Assembly: GCA_964389655.1 (NCBI GenBank)
Contig: CAYMED010000013.1
Location: 1 to 64,000, forward strand
Length of the DNA stretch: 64,000 nt
Direction of reading: 5' to 3'
Source of the DNA: an uncultured Candidatus Poseidoniales archaeon
Lineage (GTDB): Archaea > Thermoplasmatota > Poseidoniia > Poseidoniales > CAYMED01
A program made the position numbers and the translations under genes. How positions within the stretch are numbered: position 1 is the first letter of the stretch; every line of letters starts with the position of its first letter. The notes under the pieces are model-generated. The model made no database searches. It saw only the letters and a program-made list of their open reading frames with translations, and had not been told where the DNA came from. Below, in pieces: positions 8,555 to 19,288 of this stretch.

Positions 8555-10683
8555 GCATCATCCTCCAGAATGGCTTCCTCAATCGTTTCTTCGCCTCGAT
8601 CACGTGCTGAGACGGCAAACCATGTGGATATTCCTACAGCCACAAGGGTAACAAGTGCGGTAACTGAGACAAGTCCTGAATGCCCATCTAGATCCATCAT
8701 TGCCCCTGTTCCTTGAATGGACAAGATGGTCGGAAGCGAGCCAAGAATCGGTTCTCCACTTTCATCAAGGCCAGAAACTGCGCGGATTTCGACCATTCGC
8801 TCTCCAACTTCAAGCATTTGAGGGTTGAGTCGAATGGTCCAGTTGAAAGGACTCATTGCATCAGGAACTGTGCCATTTTCAGATTCATACGTTGCTTCCC
8901 CCCAATTGGATTGATCAATGCGAAATACAACTTGTTCGATTGACCCTACTTGAGCCCATGAACGCCCATGGATCGCAATTTCTGAAGGCGTCGTAGTGAT
9001 GCTATCCACGTGGGCTTGCAATGCAACATCAATGGAAGCAAGATCAATATTAGATTCATTCATATCCAGAACCAATTGAACGGCTGCATGCGCATCGACC
9101 ATCCCCCAGCCAAAATCACGATTCCAATAGGGGTCAACATTGGGTGCACTCGCCTCTCCGCGGCGCTCAGCAGTTGATTTGAGAATTTCCCGAATCACAA
9201 GTGGTTCTAGTTCTGGATTTGCTTCTATCATCAATGCTATGACCCCTGATACGGAAGGTGTTGCATACGATGTACCCGATCCGCGTGGTGTGTATCCATT
9301 ATCTGAAGCATCTTGCCCGAGGTTGTTGTTACAGCCTCCAGAAGTCACACAGGCCTCTGCTTGCACGATGTCTGTTCCCGGTGCCGATAGTGTGGGTTTG
9401 AGTTCATCAACTGGATTTGTATCTCCGTCGTCTCGTCTGGGACCTCTGCTGGAATAGTCTGCAACCACGTCATCCGTTCGGTTGATGGTATTGATGTCAT
9501 CAGTAGCTCCCACTGTGATTGAAAGATCAGATGAACCCATCCCAGAAAACCCATCATTGTCCGGGCCATCGTTTCCAGCAGCAACTGAAACCGTAATTCC
9601 AGCTTCTGTTGCAGTATCCAAAATTCGGCTATGCATATCTTGCCCATCGGATCCTCCGGCTTCGTGGCTGGTGATGCCCCATGAAAGCGAGATGATGTCA
9701 ATGCCATGGTTTGCTTCATCAATTCCAGACCAAGCCGTGTCCTTGTTTTCGATAATCCAGTCAATTCCATTCATCGCAGATTCGTAGAATTGCTGCTCAA
9801 TTGCATAGTTTTCAAACGGCCCAGCGCCAATGTCGGTTCCAATTCGAACATCGACAAGACTCGCATTTGGTGCTGCACCAGTGAAATTTGTCATCTGACC
9901 ACTTGCATCAAGACCTGTTGAAGCAGCCATGCCCATGCATGCAGTGCCGTGTTGATTTCCATCATCTGGATTGAAGGACCCATCAGTTTCTCTTGTGCCA
10001 GTTCCTGAAATTACGCAAGTTGGGTCTGTATGCAGGTAGCAGACAGCATCATAGCCGGCGACAAATTTTCCAGCAAGTGCTGGATGTTCATCATCTGCTC
10101 CAGTATCGACCATGGCAATGTTGACTCCTTCTCCGCTCACACCAAGATCCCATGCTCCAACGGGATAGAGAGCCGATGAACGTGCTTTGACCGCTGGCGT
10201 CTGCACATCTCCATAGAACGTGAGCACCCCGTATCTCTCAACCATCACTACACCGGGCAATTCTGCCAGTGAATTTGCCTGATGGGGCAGGATTGTTCCA
10301 ATTAGAATCACGTCTATGGATTCAATAATCACACGAGGCACATGTCCAACTTGAGCCAATCTTTCCACATCCTCTTCTGCCGGTTTGTGGTCATAGGAAA
10401 TGCCCACATTCACTGGGCCAGTTGCTTGAAGGATTGAGTCATGAATCTTATCGCGGTCTCTGTCAAGATTCGTTGTCTCCCACCATGGCCGATCATCCAT
10501 CGTGATTGGAATGCGGGAGGGTGGTGAGAGTGCATCCGCATTGTTGATTTTTTGTGCAGGATGAAGCGATTCGGGAGTTGAAGCCGCTAAGGGGGCTGCG
10601 ATCAGGATTTGTAACACAAGCAATCCTAGCAAGATCCCTGTTAATCGGCCACGTTGGCGATACTGCATTGGAATCTCAACCAT
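8551..10683 (-). CDS. Secreted, membrane-anchored S8 (subtilisin-like) serine protease
   Basis: Catalytic triad VDTG / HGT / GTSYATP, oxyanion AAGN; signal peptide and C-terminal TM; start 10683 or 10668. Confidence 0.92.
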   Translation of the reverse strand: MVEIPMQYRQRGRLTGILLGLLVLQILIAAPLAASTPESLHPAQKINNADALSPPSRIPITMDDRPWWETTNLDRDRDKIHDSILQATGPVNVGISYDHKPAEEDVERLAQVGHVPRVIIESIDVILIGTILPHQANSLAELPGVVMVERYGVLTFYGDVQTPAVKARSSALYPVGAWDLGVSGEGVNIAMVDTGADDEHPALAGKFVAGYDAVCYLHTDPTCVISGTGTRETDGSFNPDDGNQHGTACMGMAASTGLDASGQMTNFTGAAPNASLVDVRIGTDIGAGPFENYAIEQQFYESAMNGIDWIIENKDTAWSGIDEANHGIDIISLSWGITSHEAGGSDGQDMHSRILDTATEAGITVSVAAGNDGPDNDGFSGMGSSDLSITVGATDDINTINRTDDVVADYSSRGPRRDDGDTNPVDELKPTLSAPGTDIVQAEACVTSGGCNNNLGQDASDNGYTPRGSGTSYATPSVSGVIALMIEANPELEPLVIREILKSTAERRGEASAPNVDPYWNRDFGWGMVDAHAAVQLVLDMNESNIDLASIDVALQAHVDSITTTPSEIAIHGRSWAQVGSIEQVVFRIDQSNWGEATYESENGTVPDAMSPFNWTIRLNPQMLEVGERMVEIRAVSGLDESGEPILGSLPTILSIQGTGAMMDLDGHSGLVSVTALVTLVAVGISTWFAVSARDRGEETIEEAILEDDA

Positions 10684-12679
10684 CGACATTCGGTCGTGAA
10701 GCGACGAGGGCGTCGACGACTGTCGGGTCGGCCAGTGTACTGGTGTCGCCGAGATCCGAGACATCTCCTTCGGCGATTCGCCGTAGAATCCTCCTCATGA
10801 TCTTGCCGGAGCGAGTTTTGGGAAGAACTTGCGTAAAATGGATTTCATCCGGAGTTGCGATTGGACCAATCGTGCGGCGGACAATAGCAATCAATTCGCT
10901 GCGCATTTCGTCAGATGGCTCATTTCCTCCTTCTAGAGTTACGTAGCAATAGATTCCTTGACCCTTGATTGGATGAGGGAATCCCACAACTGCGGATTCG
11001 CAAACAGCTGTGTGTTCAACAAGTGCGGATTCAACTTCTGCAGTGCCTAGGCGGTGTCCACTTACATTGATCACATCGTCAATACGACCCATAATCCAAA
11101 AATCACCATCTTCATCGATGCGAGCTCCATCTCCGGTGAAATATGATCCCGGATGTTGACTTAGATAGGTCTCAATGAAGCGGTCATGATCCCCCCAGAT
11201 CGTTCGACACATACCTGGCCATGCCTGCCGACTTACGAGGTGCCCCCCTTCATTTGGTCCACAAGGACTTCCGTCAGGGCGAACGACTTCAGGGCGCACT
11301 CCAAAGAAAGGACGCGTTGCAGAGCCCGGCTTTGTCGTTGTAATGCCTGGGAGTGCAGTGATTTGGATTCCTCCAGTTTCCGTCTGCCACCAAGTGTCGA
11401 CAATTGGAAGTCTGCCTTCACCAGCAATTTCATGATACCAAATCCATGCTTCTGGGTTGATTGGTTCTCCTACCGTCCCTAGCACCCGCAGAGAACTTCT
11501 GTCCCATTGGCGAACAGGATCCATTCCATGCACCATCAATGCTCGAATTGCAGTTGGGGCAGTGTAGAATGTAGATGGGCGGTGCTTCTGCACCACTTCC
11601 CACAATCGCCCTGGATGTGGATAAACTGGCGTGCCCTCAAACATGAGCGTGTGCACCCCATTCAAAAGTGGACCATAGACGATGTATGTGTGTCCAGTGA
11701 TCCAGCCAATGTCTGCAGTACAGAAATGCAGATCTCGATCAGGATCAAGGTCAAAGACATATTTCGTTGTAGTTGCTGCATAAACCATGTAACCCGCTTG
11801 TGTGTGAAGAAGTCCTTTCGGTTTACCAGTTGAACCGGATGTGTAGAGGATAAACAAAGGATCTTCTGAATCCAATGGTTCAGGTTCGCATTCTGTGCTT
11901 GCAGCTTCTAATCCAGCATCCATATCCACATCTCGTCCATGAACCCATCCCTCTGCATTTGGTCCAACACCACTGCCTGCACGGTGATTGACCAAGCAGC
12001 ATCGCACAGTAACACCCTTTGATGCGGCTAATTCGATTGCATCATCAGCGATGCTCTTCAGCTCGATTACTCTGCCTCCTCGAATTCCAGCATCAGTGGT
12101 CATGAGTACATCTGAATCACCATCGACAATTCTCTGTGCAAGGCTATCTGCGGAGAACCCGGCGAATACAACGCTATGGACGGCCCCAATCCGTGCACAT
12201 GCTAGGAGGGCAAAGGCAAGTTCTGGGACCATTGGCATGTAGATGGTTACTCTGTCTCCTTTTCCAACGCCATTCGACCGAAGTAGGTTTCCCATTCGGG
12301 ATACCTGCCCCAAAGTCTGTGTGAACGTAAAGGTTCGAACTTCTCCATCATCTCCTTCCCAAGTGATTGCAGGTGCATCCCCTCGACCAGCGGCAATGTG
12401 TCGATCTAAACAGTTGACTGAGAGGTTGACTTTGGCTCCGTCAAACCACCGAATTTTCCCCTGTGAAAGATCACAATCCATGACTGTATGCCATGGTTCA
12501 AACCAATCAAACTCTTCAGCAATTGGCGTCCAAAATTGTTCTGGGTGGTCTACTGATTGACGCCACATGTTTTCGTATTCTTCTATGGAATTGAGCAGTG
12601 CATCGGACTTGATCCAAGCAGGTGGAGGGAAACGTCGATCTTCGATCAGGTGACTCTCGATCCCGGTAGCGTCGGTCAT
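10676..12679 (-). CDS. acs: Acetyl-CoA synthetase (AMP-forming)
   Basis: YTSGSTGKPKG, DTWWQTETGG, GHRLGTAEVES, PKTRSGKIMRR; start probably ATG 12679. Confidence 0.96.
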   Translation of the reverse strand: MTDATGIESHLIEDRRFPPPAWIKSDALLNSIEEYENMWRQSVDHPEQFWTPIAEEFDWFEPWHTVMDCDLSQGKIRWFDGAKVNLSVNCLDRHIAAGRGDAPAITWEGDDGEVRTFTFTQTLGQVSRMGNLLRSNGVGKGDRVTIYMPMVPELAFALLACARIGAVHSVVFAGFSADSLAQRIVDGDSDVLMTTDAGIRGGRVIELKSIADDAIELAASKGVTVRCCLVNHRAGSGVGPNAEGWVHGRDVDMDAGLEAASTECEPEPLDSEDPLFILYTSGSTGKPKGLLHTQAGYMVYAATTTKYVFDLDPDRDLHFCTADIGWITGHTYIVYGPLLNGVHTLMFEGTPVYPHPGRLWEVVQKHRPSTFYTAPTAIRALMVHGMDPVRQWDRSSLRVLGTVGEPINPEAWIWYHEIAGEGRLPIVDTWWQTETGGIQITALPGITTTKPGSATRPFFGVRPEVVRPDGSPCGPNEGGHLVSRQAWPGMCRTIWGDHDRFIETYLSQHPGSYFTGDGARIDEDGDFWIMGRIDDVINVSGHRLGTAEVESALVEHTAVCESAVVGFPHPIKGQGIYCYVTLEGGNEPSDEMRSELIAIVRRTIGPIATPDEIHFTQVLPKTRSGKIMRRILRRIAEGDVSDLGDTSTLADPTVVDALVASRPNVDG

Positions 12680-12800
12680 TGTATAGCAACGAACAGGTTC
12701 AAACATGAATGTGCCGCCTTGTCCGTGATGGTTGTATTCGACATTCAAAATTGGTATATCTCTCCTGATCTTTCATAACCTCTAGAACCCACCACGATTC

Positions 12801-14492
12801 ATGAAAAAGGCATATGGGGTAAAAAATAGGGGCCGCTTGGTGATTTTCACTCTGTTCGTGATGATCTTGTCAAGTGCTCCTTCAATTGCTGAGGATATCG
12901 AAACATCTGAACTTAATCTTGTAGAACTTTCAGCACAACATGATGAACAGAACCGTACTGTCGAAGTGCGAGCAGGCAGCAGCACGTTTCGCTTGCACTA
13001 TGGGTCCTCGACAGATGGCCATGGCATCGATTTGACTGCTGAGCAAACACGCTATTTTGGTGTCGCAAGAGTACACCGGGATGGCCATGGTGTATCTCAG
13101 GTGATGGGAATTCCCGTGAAGGAACTCTTCGTGCAGAAACTCGTTGGAGTGCTTGAATATCGAGATTTAGATGATGATGGGCTGTTTCGTGTTGATGGTG
13201 GGAATACAGCAGGTTCATTCGAAGAAATCTATTCATTCCATAAATCCACAGAACCAGTTGTAAAATGGATCGATTACCGCAACATCAATTGGGTACTTGA
13301 AAATTGGACAATTGAAGATCAGCGAGACGATCAGCACATCTTGAAGTTCAGGCTCATCGCAAATGATCTTTCATATGTGTTTGGAAATGGAACGAGCATC
13401 AATGAGACGGTTTCCCAAATTGGATACCAATTCCGGCTCAAGGCACGTACTTTTGATTCCAATTCGACAGATGTCCCTGTATTCGATGTCGATTACGATA
13501 CAATAAATGACCAAATCACTAATTCCAAGCGGCAGCAAGATGACCGCACTCTTTCGGGAAAAGTTGCTCGTAGCACTTGGAAGTATGACCAATTAATTTC
13601 AGGATGGGATCCTTTATCGCATGATAACGGAACAGTGCGTGATGATGTTCGATTGCATGTGGTAACAACATTGGGTCATGGTACGAGATTAGATGCAAAA
13701 GTTGGTCAATGGATGCATGCTCAATTTGGCGGCATGCCTTCACCCCAAGCATTTGTCGGCGAGCGAAATGATTCAAGAGATACCCTCACGCTTCCTTTGC
13801 CCAATCAACAGGGCCATGAATCACGTGATACGTGGGGGCGCCCTCTTGCTTGCGGACTGGCCTATGTGAGTGCAGAACACCATCCCTCATCGGGTAATCA
13901 CCCATCCCCCAAGAATCGAGCTCACCGTATGGCTCTCAAGGATTATCAAAATACAGCATGTGCACAAAATGGTGACCGCATTGCAGAAGGACACGCCCAC
14001 CCAGTCGCAATTCGGGCAGGTGCCATGCATTTCGCGGATGGAAATCACAATTTAGGATCACTTCGTTGGGTCTCCAATGCAACGACGGATGGATATGAAA
14101 CAGAGGTTCTCTTCCAAATTCATGGGGCAAGGCCAGTATTGTCTAGTGATTTGCGCACCAATGATGAACGAATTTACAGCGGGCTTCTTTCAGTTGGTGG
14201 CTACAACTACGCAGTCGCAGTCAATGAATCTATTCACGATCCTGAAACAGAATTTGAAGGAATGGTGTTTGATTCAATGGGGGAAGGGGTCCTGCCTTGG
14301 AATGGTGTTGATTCCAAATCATTGTTCCAACGTCCAGCAGTATTAGGTGCTGCAATTCTTGGACTAGTTGTAGTCCTGCTTGCAATTACACTGAGGCGCA
14401 AGGAATTGGTTGTTCCTTCTGCACCCGTCTTGTCTCAAGTCTCCGTTGCATCTTCCTCTCAAGGTGATGATTGGTCTGAATATGACAAATAA
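12801..14492 (+). CDS. Hypothetical surface protein (signal peptide, beta-rich ectodomain, C-terminal TM)
   Basis: N-terminal signal, EYRDLDDDG loop, HDP motif before a TM followed by RRK. Confidence 0.75.
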   Translation: MKKAYGVKNRGRLVIFTLFVMILSSAPSIAEDIETSELNLVELSAQHDEQNRTVEVRAGSSTFRLHYGSSTDGHGIDLTAEQTRYFGVARVHRDGHGVSQVMGIPVKELFVQKLVGVLEYRDLDDDGLFRVDGGNTAGSFEEIYSFHKSTEPVVKWIDYRNINWVLENWTIEDQRDDQHILKFRLIANDLSYVFGNGTSINETVSQIGYQFRLKARTFDSNSTDVPVFDVDYDTINDQITNSKRQQDDRTLSGKVARSTWKYDQLISGWDPLSHDNGTVRDDVRLHVVTTLGHGTRLDAKVGQWMHAQFGGMPSPQAFVGERNDSRDTLTLPLPNQQGHESRDTWGRPLACGLAYVSAEHHPSSGNHPSPKNRAHRMALKDYQNTACAQNGDRIAEGHAHPVAIRAGAMHFADGNHNLGSLRWVSNATTDGYETEVLFQIHGARPVLSSDLRTNDERIYSGLLSVGGYNYAVAVNESIHDPETEFEGMVFDSMGEGVLPWNGVDSKSLFQRPAVLGAAILGLVVVLLAITLRRKELVVPSAPVLSQVSVASSSQGDDWSEYDK

Positions 14493-14567
14493 ATAAAATT
14501 CCCAAATTCAATGGTGTATTTTCAAAGACTTTGCGGATCCTGCACACGCTATTGCCGGTGAGGAGAG

Positions 14568-15887
14568 GTGAGTCAAAAGCCGCCGAAGATTACGAATCAG
14601 GAGCGATTGCTTCTTGCTCTCGTCGATTCTCCTAGTTTAGTTAATGCATATGAATGGCCTTACCGACTATGTCAACAGGGTCTTGCAGACCGACTTGGAA
14701 CTGCTCAAGCACATATCAGCCGTGCCGCTTCAGGTCTTCTAGATCAAGGTCTAGTTGTGGCAAGAAGGCGTCGGGTGATCGGTCAGAAGCGTCGAGTGAC
14801 AACCTATGATTTGACTTCCAAAGGAATTGCAGAAATTGAGCGATTACGTTCTGAATTAGAGAATGCCTCTCTCCTGCAAATACAAGACTCAGGAGGCCAT
14901 TCCATCATTACAACATTGGACCTTAGAGCATCAGTTTCAGGTACTTTCCAACCTCCTTTGGATTTGCTTGAACTTGCCGATTGGATGACCCAATTGGAAT
15001 CCCATGAGGGCCTTCCCAAATTGCCCTCTATATTGAAAGAATTTTGGCCCGCAGATGATTGGACAGAAGATCCAACGAGTGAAGCCATTTTGTTAGCACT
15101 TGAACTCGCAGAAATCCGAGCAGGCCAAGGCCGTCCTGCTGAAGCTGCATCATTGCTTAGACGTGCAGCAAGCCAGCATAGGCGTGGAACACTCGGGAAT
15201 TCAAACCGAGATGCATTGCGATGTGAGGTTGCCGCAGCCGCTCTAGGTGATCCATCTTCATTTTCACAACTTATTGCCGAACCTTCTCTCCTCAATATTC
15301 TAGATGTTGATGAACACGAACACGCCCTTATCTTACTTGCTCGAGCCCTCGTATTATGCTCTTCAACTCAAGACTCTAGTTCACTGATGAGCGCCCTTGA
15401 GGACTTTGGCACAGCTGCTTGTGCAGTGGCTAGTTTGCGCATTGAAGTGGCCGCTGGAGACATCGATGAAGGCCTCGCCGAACGAATTATTGCTCGTGCA
15501 CCCCCTCCGCATCCAGCAGGTGCTCTTCAATGGCTTCAGTTACGTGTTGAACTAGAGGATGCAGGCGGTCCCTCTCCCATTGATCTTGTCGAGAGCGCGA
15601 TCGAATATGCGTTATTTCGTTCGGCCCCTCCCGACCTCCTTGCTCGGACTGCGGTTGCGATGGATGGCCGCAGTTGGATTCCTGAAGCGCACCTCCTTCG
15701 CTTGCTCGAAGCCGCTTGGAATGCCTCCCCCCCCATGCCTGAAATTGGACATGTTGGATTTCGTCTAGCGGCAAGGTCTGAAAAAAATAAGCGAAAGCAG
15801 ATTCTTCTTGAATTGGAAGAGAGGTTTGGGCGAGTTGGTGATATGAAAGGTGCCAACCTTGCTCGTCGTCTGGCCCATGATTCATGA
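14568..15887 (+). CDS. Winged-helix (MarR-like) DNA-binding protein with helical-repeat C-terminus
   Basis: LCQQGLADRLGTAQAHISRA...YDLTSKG wHTH; RBS-like GGTGAGGAG upstream. Confidence 0.7.
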   Translation: MSQKPPKITNQERLLLALVDSPSLVNAYEWPYRLCQQGLADRLGTAQAHISRAASGLLDQGLVVARRRRVIGQKRRVTTYDLTSKGIAEIERLRSELENASLLQIQDSGGHSIITTLDLRASVSGTFQPPLDLLELADWMTQLESHEGLPKLPSILKEFWPADDWTEDPTSEAILLALELAEIRAGQGRPAEAASLLRRAASQHRRGTLGNSNRDALRCEVAAAALGDPSSFSQLIAEPSLLNILDVDEHEHALILLARALVLCSSTQDSSSLMSALEDFGTAACAVASLRIEVAAGDIDEGLAERIIARAPPPHPAGALQWLQLRVELEDAGGPSPIDLVESAIEYALFRSAPPDLLARTAVAMDGRSWIPEAHLLRLLEAAWNASPPMPEIGHVGFRLAARSEKNKRKQILLELEERFGRVGDMKGANLARRLAHDS

Positions 15888-15891
15888 ATCG

Positions 15892-16254
15892 TCATTCCTC
15901 CTCCCATAGTTCAACTCCACATGAGGGACAAATATAGGACGCCGGACGAGGACCATTTCCTCTTGTGAGTGTTCCACATGCTCCACAAAGGACGGTTGTT
16001 TGTATTGGCTCATCTAGAGTTGTGTCCACTCGAAACATGATTTTTTCCCCGGCCCCAGGTGGCATTGGGTCGGCATCAGGTGCCCAGTGCTGAATTTGCA
16101 CATCAGTCATTCCATCCGTTCCCAGTGGTGAAACGATTGCTAGAATATGGAGGATTATCCCACCAACTGCCAATGGGGTTCCAATCGCATATGCTCCCAT
16201 TCCGAGAATGAAGCCGCTACCAAGCAATAGGCAAACCCAAGATGAGAGGAGCAA
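15892..16254 (-). CDS. Small 2-TM protein with C-terminal Zn ribbon
   Basis: Two hydrophobic helices; CGACG...CPSCG. Confidence 0.7.
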   Translation of the reverse strand: MLLSSWVCLLLGSGFILGMGAYAIGTPLAVGGIILHILAIVSPLGTDGMTDVQIQHWAPDADPMPPGAGEKIMFRVDTTLDEPIQTTVLCGACGTLTRGNGPRPASYICPSCGVELWEEE

Positions 16255-16275
16255 ATTAGCCCGAATGGTTCTCCC

Positions 16276-19221
16276 TCACTCAAAGTCACTTTGGCGAAAC
16301 TCACCGGGTGGGAGGGTGTGGGGCTCGCTAGTCTCTCCACCAATAAAACGCCCTTGGATCATAATGCCACGCTGCATGTCTGGGATCTGCACGTCGTCAT
16401 CCTCTCGCCGAAAAACACTGATTAGAATGGCTAATACCAACACGAGTACTAAGACACCCCCACTTGCAAGGATCACTTTCCCATTTGTTGACTCAAGAAA
16501 AGATGCAGCCACTTTGCTTGCGGATGTGGATGATGTGGTAATGGGAGGGCAACCATAGGGCTTTTGATTCGTATTCCCAGGTGAATTTGGGCATTGATCT
16601 GATTGATTCCCTACCGTGGAATCTCCGTATCCATCCCCATCCGAATCCTTCCACTGAGTTGAATCATAGGGAAATGCATCAGCAGTTCCATTTGGGTGTG
16701 CTGGCCATAGATTTGTGGGATCTGACCAGCCGTCAAAGTCACTATCTATGCACCCTTTTCGATCATTATTTGAGTAGCCTAGAACTCCAGGGCAATCGTC
16801 TATTCCATCAATCAATCCGTCATTGTCACTGTCTAGGGGTGGAATGTCAAGGCGTATGAACCGAACATCAGTATTGTTCAACTCATTGGTCTCTTGTGCA
16901 TCATTCTCGACATCCAAGTCCACAATTAGGAATGCTCCTTCTTCATTGATTTCTTGTGGGAGATCAATGTCGAGAATTTGAGATACCGAACTGCCTGAAA
17001 TAATCGGTAGAGCAACATGGGTTATCTTGAGGAGGATGACGTCATCACTGGAAACAAGTGAATCTGTAGAAAGGAGAATGTGCACGATGAATGGGTGATT
17101 CCATGTTGTACCTGAATTGCCCACATCCCATTCCATTACGATTGTTTCAAGGGGTTTAACAACACGCGGAGCACTGATGTTTTGGACAAAAAGGTCAGGT
17201 CGTATGGTTTCGGGGAGGTCCGTATGCACACGAAGTGTATAGGACGCACCATCCTCAACCCTTTTGACAATGAGCAAATGTCCTTCACCTCCACTTGAGG
17301 GGATGCGAAGTGAACCAATTCCTCCAGCGGTTGTATCTGAGACGGTCCCATTTCCTCCATTAGTCATAGTTACTTGGATTGCGGTTCTTGGGTCATCCAC
17401 CTCAATTTCAACTAGGATGTCGGCACCCATGGCCGCCGAAAATTGGTAGGCGTCTGCCTCATCAGTACTGTCGATACAACCACTGATGTCGAGATTTGGG
17501 TTTGCAACTAGATTCCGGGCAGTTTCTAGCAATGCACCGGGATCATTGAGATTTGCCGTTTGTGAGCACAAATGCTCAGGTACGGACAAAAATTGGAGTT
17601 GATAATCTCCCCTTCCAGCCACTCGATTAACTGCGAGATAGAGTGTGGAATCTGAATTTGTTCCAGATGGTGCGCGATAAGAGATCCCCCCTACTGTACC
17701 GTACATCCATGTATCGGTTGTTCGGCCCGCTTCATCGAGAAGTTCCAATTCAACCCGCAAGTCCCTCTGAATACTTGCATTTACTGCCATGCGCGTTCCT
17801 GATGTAAGCACAATTCGATAGAGGTCCTTCTCATCACCATCCTCTAGACACCCAATAATTGGCTGAATCGGATTTGGGTCATTCCCCAATGACCTTGCAC
17901 CGAACAAAGACGTAGCAGCATCTCCAGCTTCACCAGCATCTGACTGTGAACCACAGGGTACATTCGTATCTCCAACGTAAATTTTCTCTGTCGCATCGAG
18001 GACATTATTCATTTCATTTGTTTCTTGTACTTCTTCCAAAACATCTACTTCTAGAAGCAAATGATACCAGTTTGCAGTGATACCCAAGGGCACTGTAAAT
18101 GCGGGTTGGAAACTGAGGGATGCTGCTTTGTTTATACTTCCAATCCGCACTCTCCCAAGTGATATGTCAATGCCTTGCTGTAAGTTCGCATCAATTGAGA
18201 TCCACGCTTCAATTGACGAATTAACCGCAACAGCAGGCTCATTGTTGATTAGCGTAAAATCAACGAGCAAGACATCACCTCCTTTAACATGCCCTGAATG
18301 ACTTACTGCAGTTGGAATCAGGTCGGCGGGGGGTGCATTGAGTGCTGCAAGGATCTCATATTCGGGTGGTAGTGGGGTGTACCCGATCGAAACAGCCTCA
18401 ACAACGAGATATCCAACAGTGGGTGCATTTGCCCCAGTTGCATTAAGGCTGACTTGTGATGGTGATCCATAGGCCCTTGTTGCATCTGTTTGATTACCTT
18501 CATGATCCAATATTCTAGCATCGATGATCGTTCCCTCGGGTGGGAGAATTTGGAAATGTGTGGTATGATCTTCTGAGACTTCAAACCGGTAGGTATCGGT
18601 ACCATCCCCGGCTAGATCCGTACACCCAGTCCATCGACCAATAGGGTCATGCCCTAGATCAATGGCATTAGACATCTCCTCAGCGGCGTCACCTCCCGAG
18701 TCCGCATCATTTTGCGTGGAGGGACATGATGGGGGTGGTGAAGGGCTGGTAGTCGCCATAATCGAATAATTTCCTTCACCATCAACGAGCTTGACTTCGA
18801 GGTTGAGTGTTCCAGTCTTGCCCGATCGCGCAGTTCCTGATGATCCAACTTCCCACTTACCTCCCTTTTTGACCGCATCAGCAATCTTTGTTCCATCACT
18901 TGAATGCATCGTGATTGAGTGATTTGATCCTGGCGCAGAATCCATCACGATGACAAGATCTCGATGTGCAATTGTCAAATCAATTGCAAAAATATCGGTT
19001 GTATCTCCTGAATCAAGACAACCCCATAGGGGTTCTGTGAATGCAGGATTTTCAGCAACAAACCATGCTTCTGACTGTGTCGATGGCAGGTCTTTTCCCC
19101 GCCCTAAATCATCTTGATTCGCATCACAGGATGCTCTCCCAGAAACACTTGCAGATGCAGTTATTGGTGTAAAACTGAGCAAGAGCAGGGCGAGGACGGC
19201 GATGCAAGTGCGCTGGTGCAC
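16276..19221 (-). CDS. Large surface protein: 4 Cys-bracketed PPC-like repeats, 2 CARDB domains, TSP3-like Ca repeats, C-terminal TM
   Basis: GC.D..D..D.Y/F four times; PADL...ETNEMNN and PDL...ETNELNN (CARDB); DSDNDG/DSDGDG; start GTG 19221 (or 19260). Confidence 0.8.
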   Translation of the reverse strand: MHQRTCIAVLALLLLSFTPITASASVSGRASCDANQDDLGRGKDLPSTQSEAWFVAENPAFTEPLWGCLDSGDTTDIFAIDLTIAHRDLVIVMDSAPGSNHSITMHSSDGTKIADAVKKGGKWEVGSSGTARSGKTGTLNLEVKLVDGEGNYSIMATTSPSPPPSCPSTQNDADSGGDAAEEMSNAIDLGHDPIGRWTGCTDLAGDGTDTYRFEVSEDHTTHFQILPPEGTIIDARILDHEGNQTDATRAYGSPSQVSLNATGANAPTVGYLVVEAVSIGYTPLPPEYEILAALNAPPADLIPTAVSHSGHVKGGDVLLVDFTLINNEPAVAVNSSIEAWISIDANLQQGIDISLGRVRIGSINKAASLSFQPAFTVPLGITANWYHLLLEVDVLEEVQETNEMNNVLDATEKIYVGDTNVPCGSQSDAGEAGDAATSLFGARSLGNDPNPIQPIIGCLEDGDEKDLYRIVLTSGTRMAVNASIQRDLRVELELLDEAGRTTDTWMYGTVGGISYRAPSGTNSDSTLYLAVNRVAGRGDYQLQFLSVPEHLCSQTANLNDPGALLETARNLVANPNLDISGCIDSTDEADAYQFSAAMGADILVEIEVDDPRTAIQVTMTNGGNGTVSDTTAGGIGSLRIPSSGGEGHLLIVKRVEDGASYTLRVHTDLPETIRPDLFVQNISAPRVVKPLETIVMEWDVGNSGTTWNHPFIVHILLSTDSLVSSDDVILLKITHVALPIISGSSVSQILDIDLPQEINEEGAFLIVDLDVENDAQETNELNNTDVRFIRLDIPPLDSDNDGLIDGIDDCPGVLGYSNNDRKGCIDSDFDGWSDPTNLWPAHPNGTADAFPYDSTQWKDSDGDGYGDSTVGNQSDQCPNSPGNTNQKPYGCPPITTSSTSASKVAASFLESTNGKVILASGGVLVLVLVLAILISVFRREDDDVQIPDMQRGIMIQGRFIGGETSEPHTLPPGEFRQSDFE

Positions 19222-19288
19222 AAAACTCAGGTGTGCCTCTTTGCGATATAATGCACGCACCGAAATATCACCTTAATTTTGAGTTGTC

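Noticed and set aside
16255-16278. The surface protein and the Zn-ribbon ORF are in the same frame, separated by one TGA (possible readthrough)
   Set aside because: A shared frame has a 1-in-3 chance; the downstream ORF has its own purine-rich RBS-like site and TTG start; I saw no recoding signal
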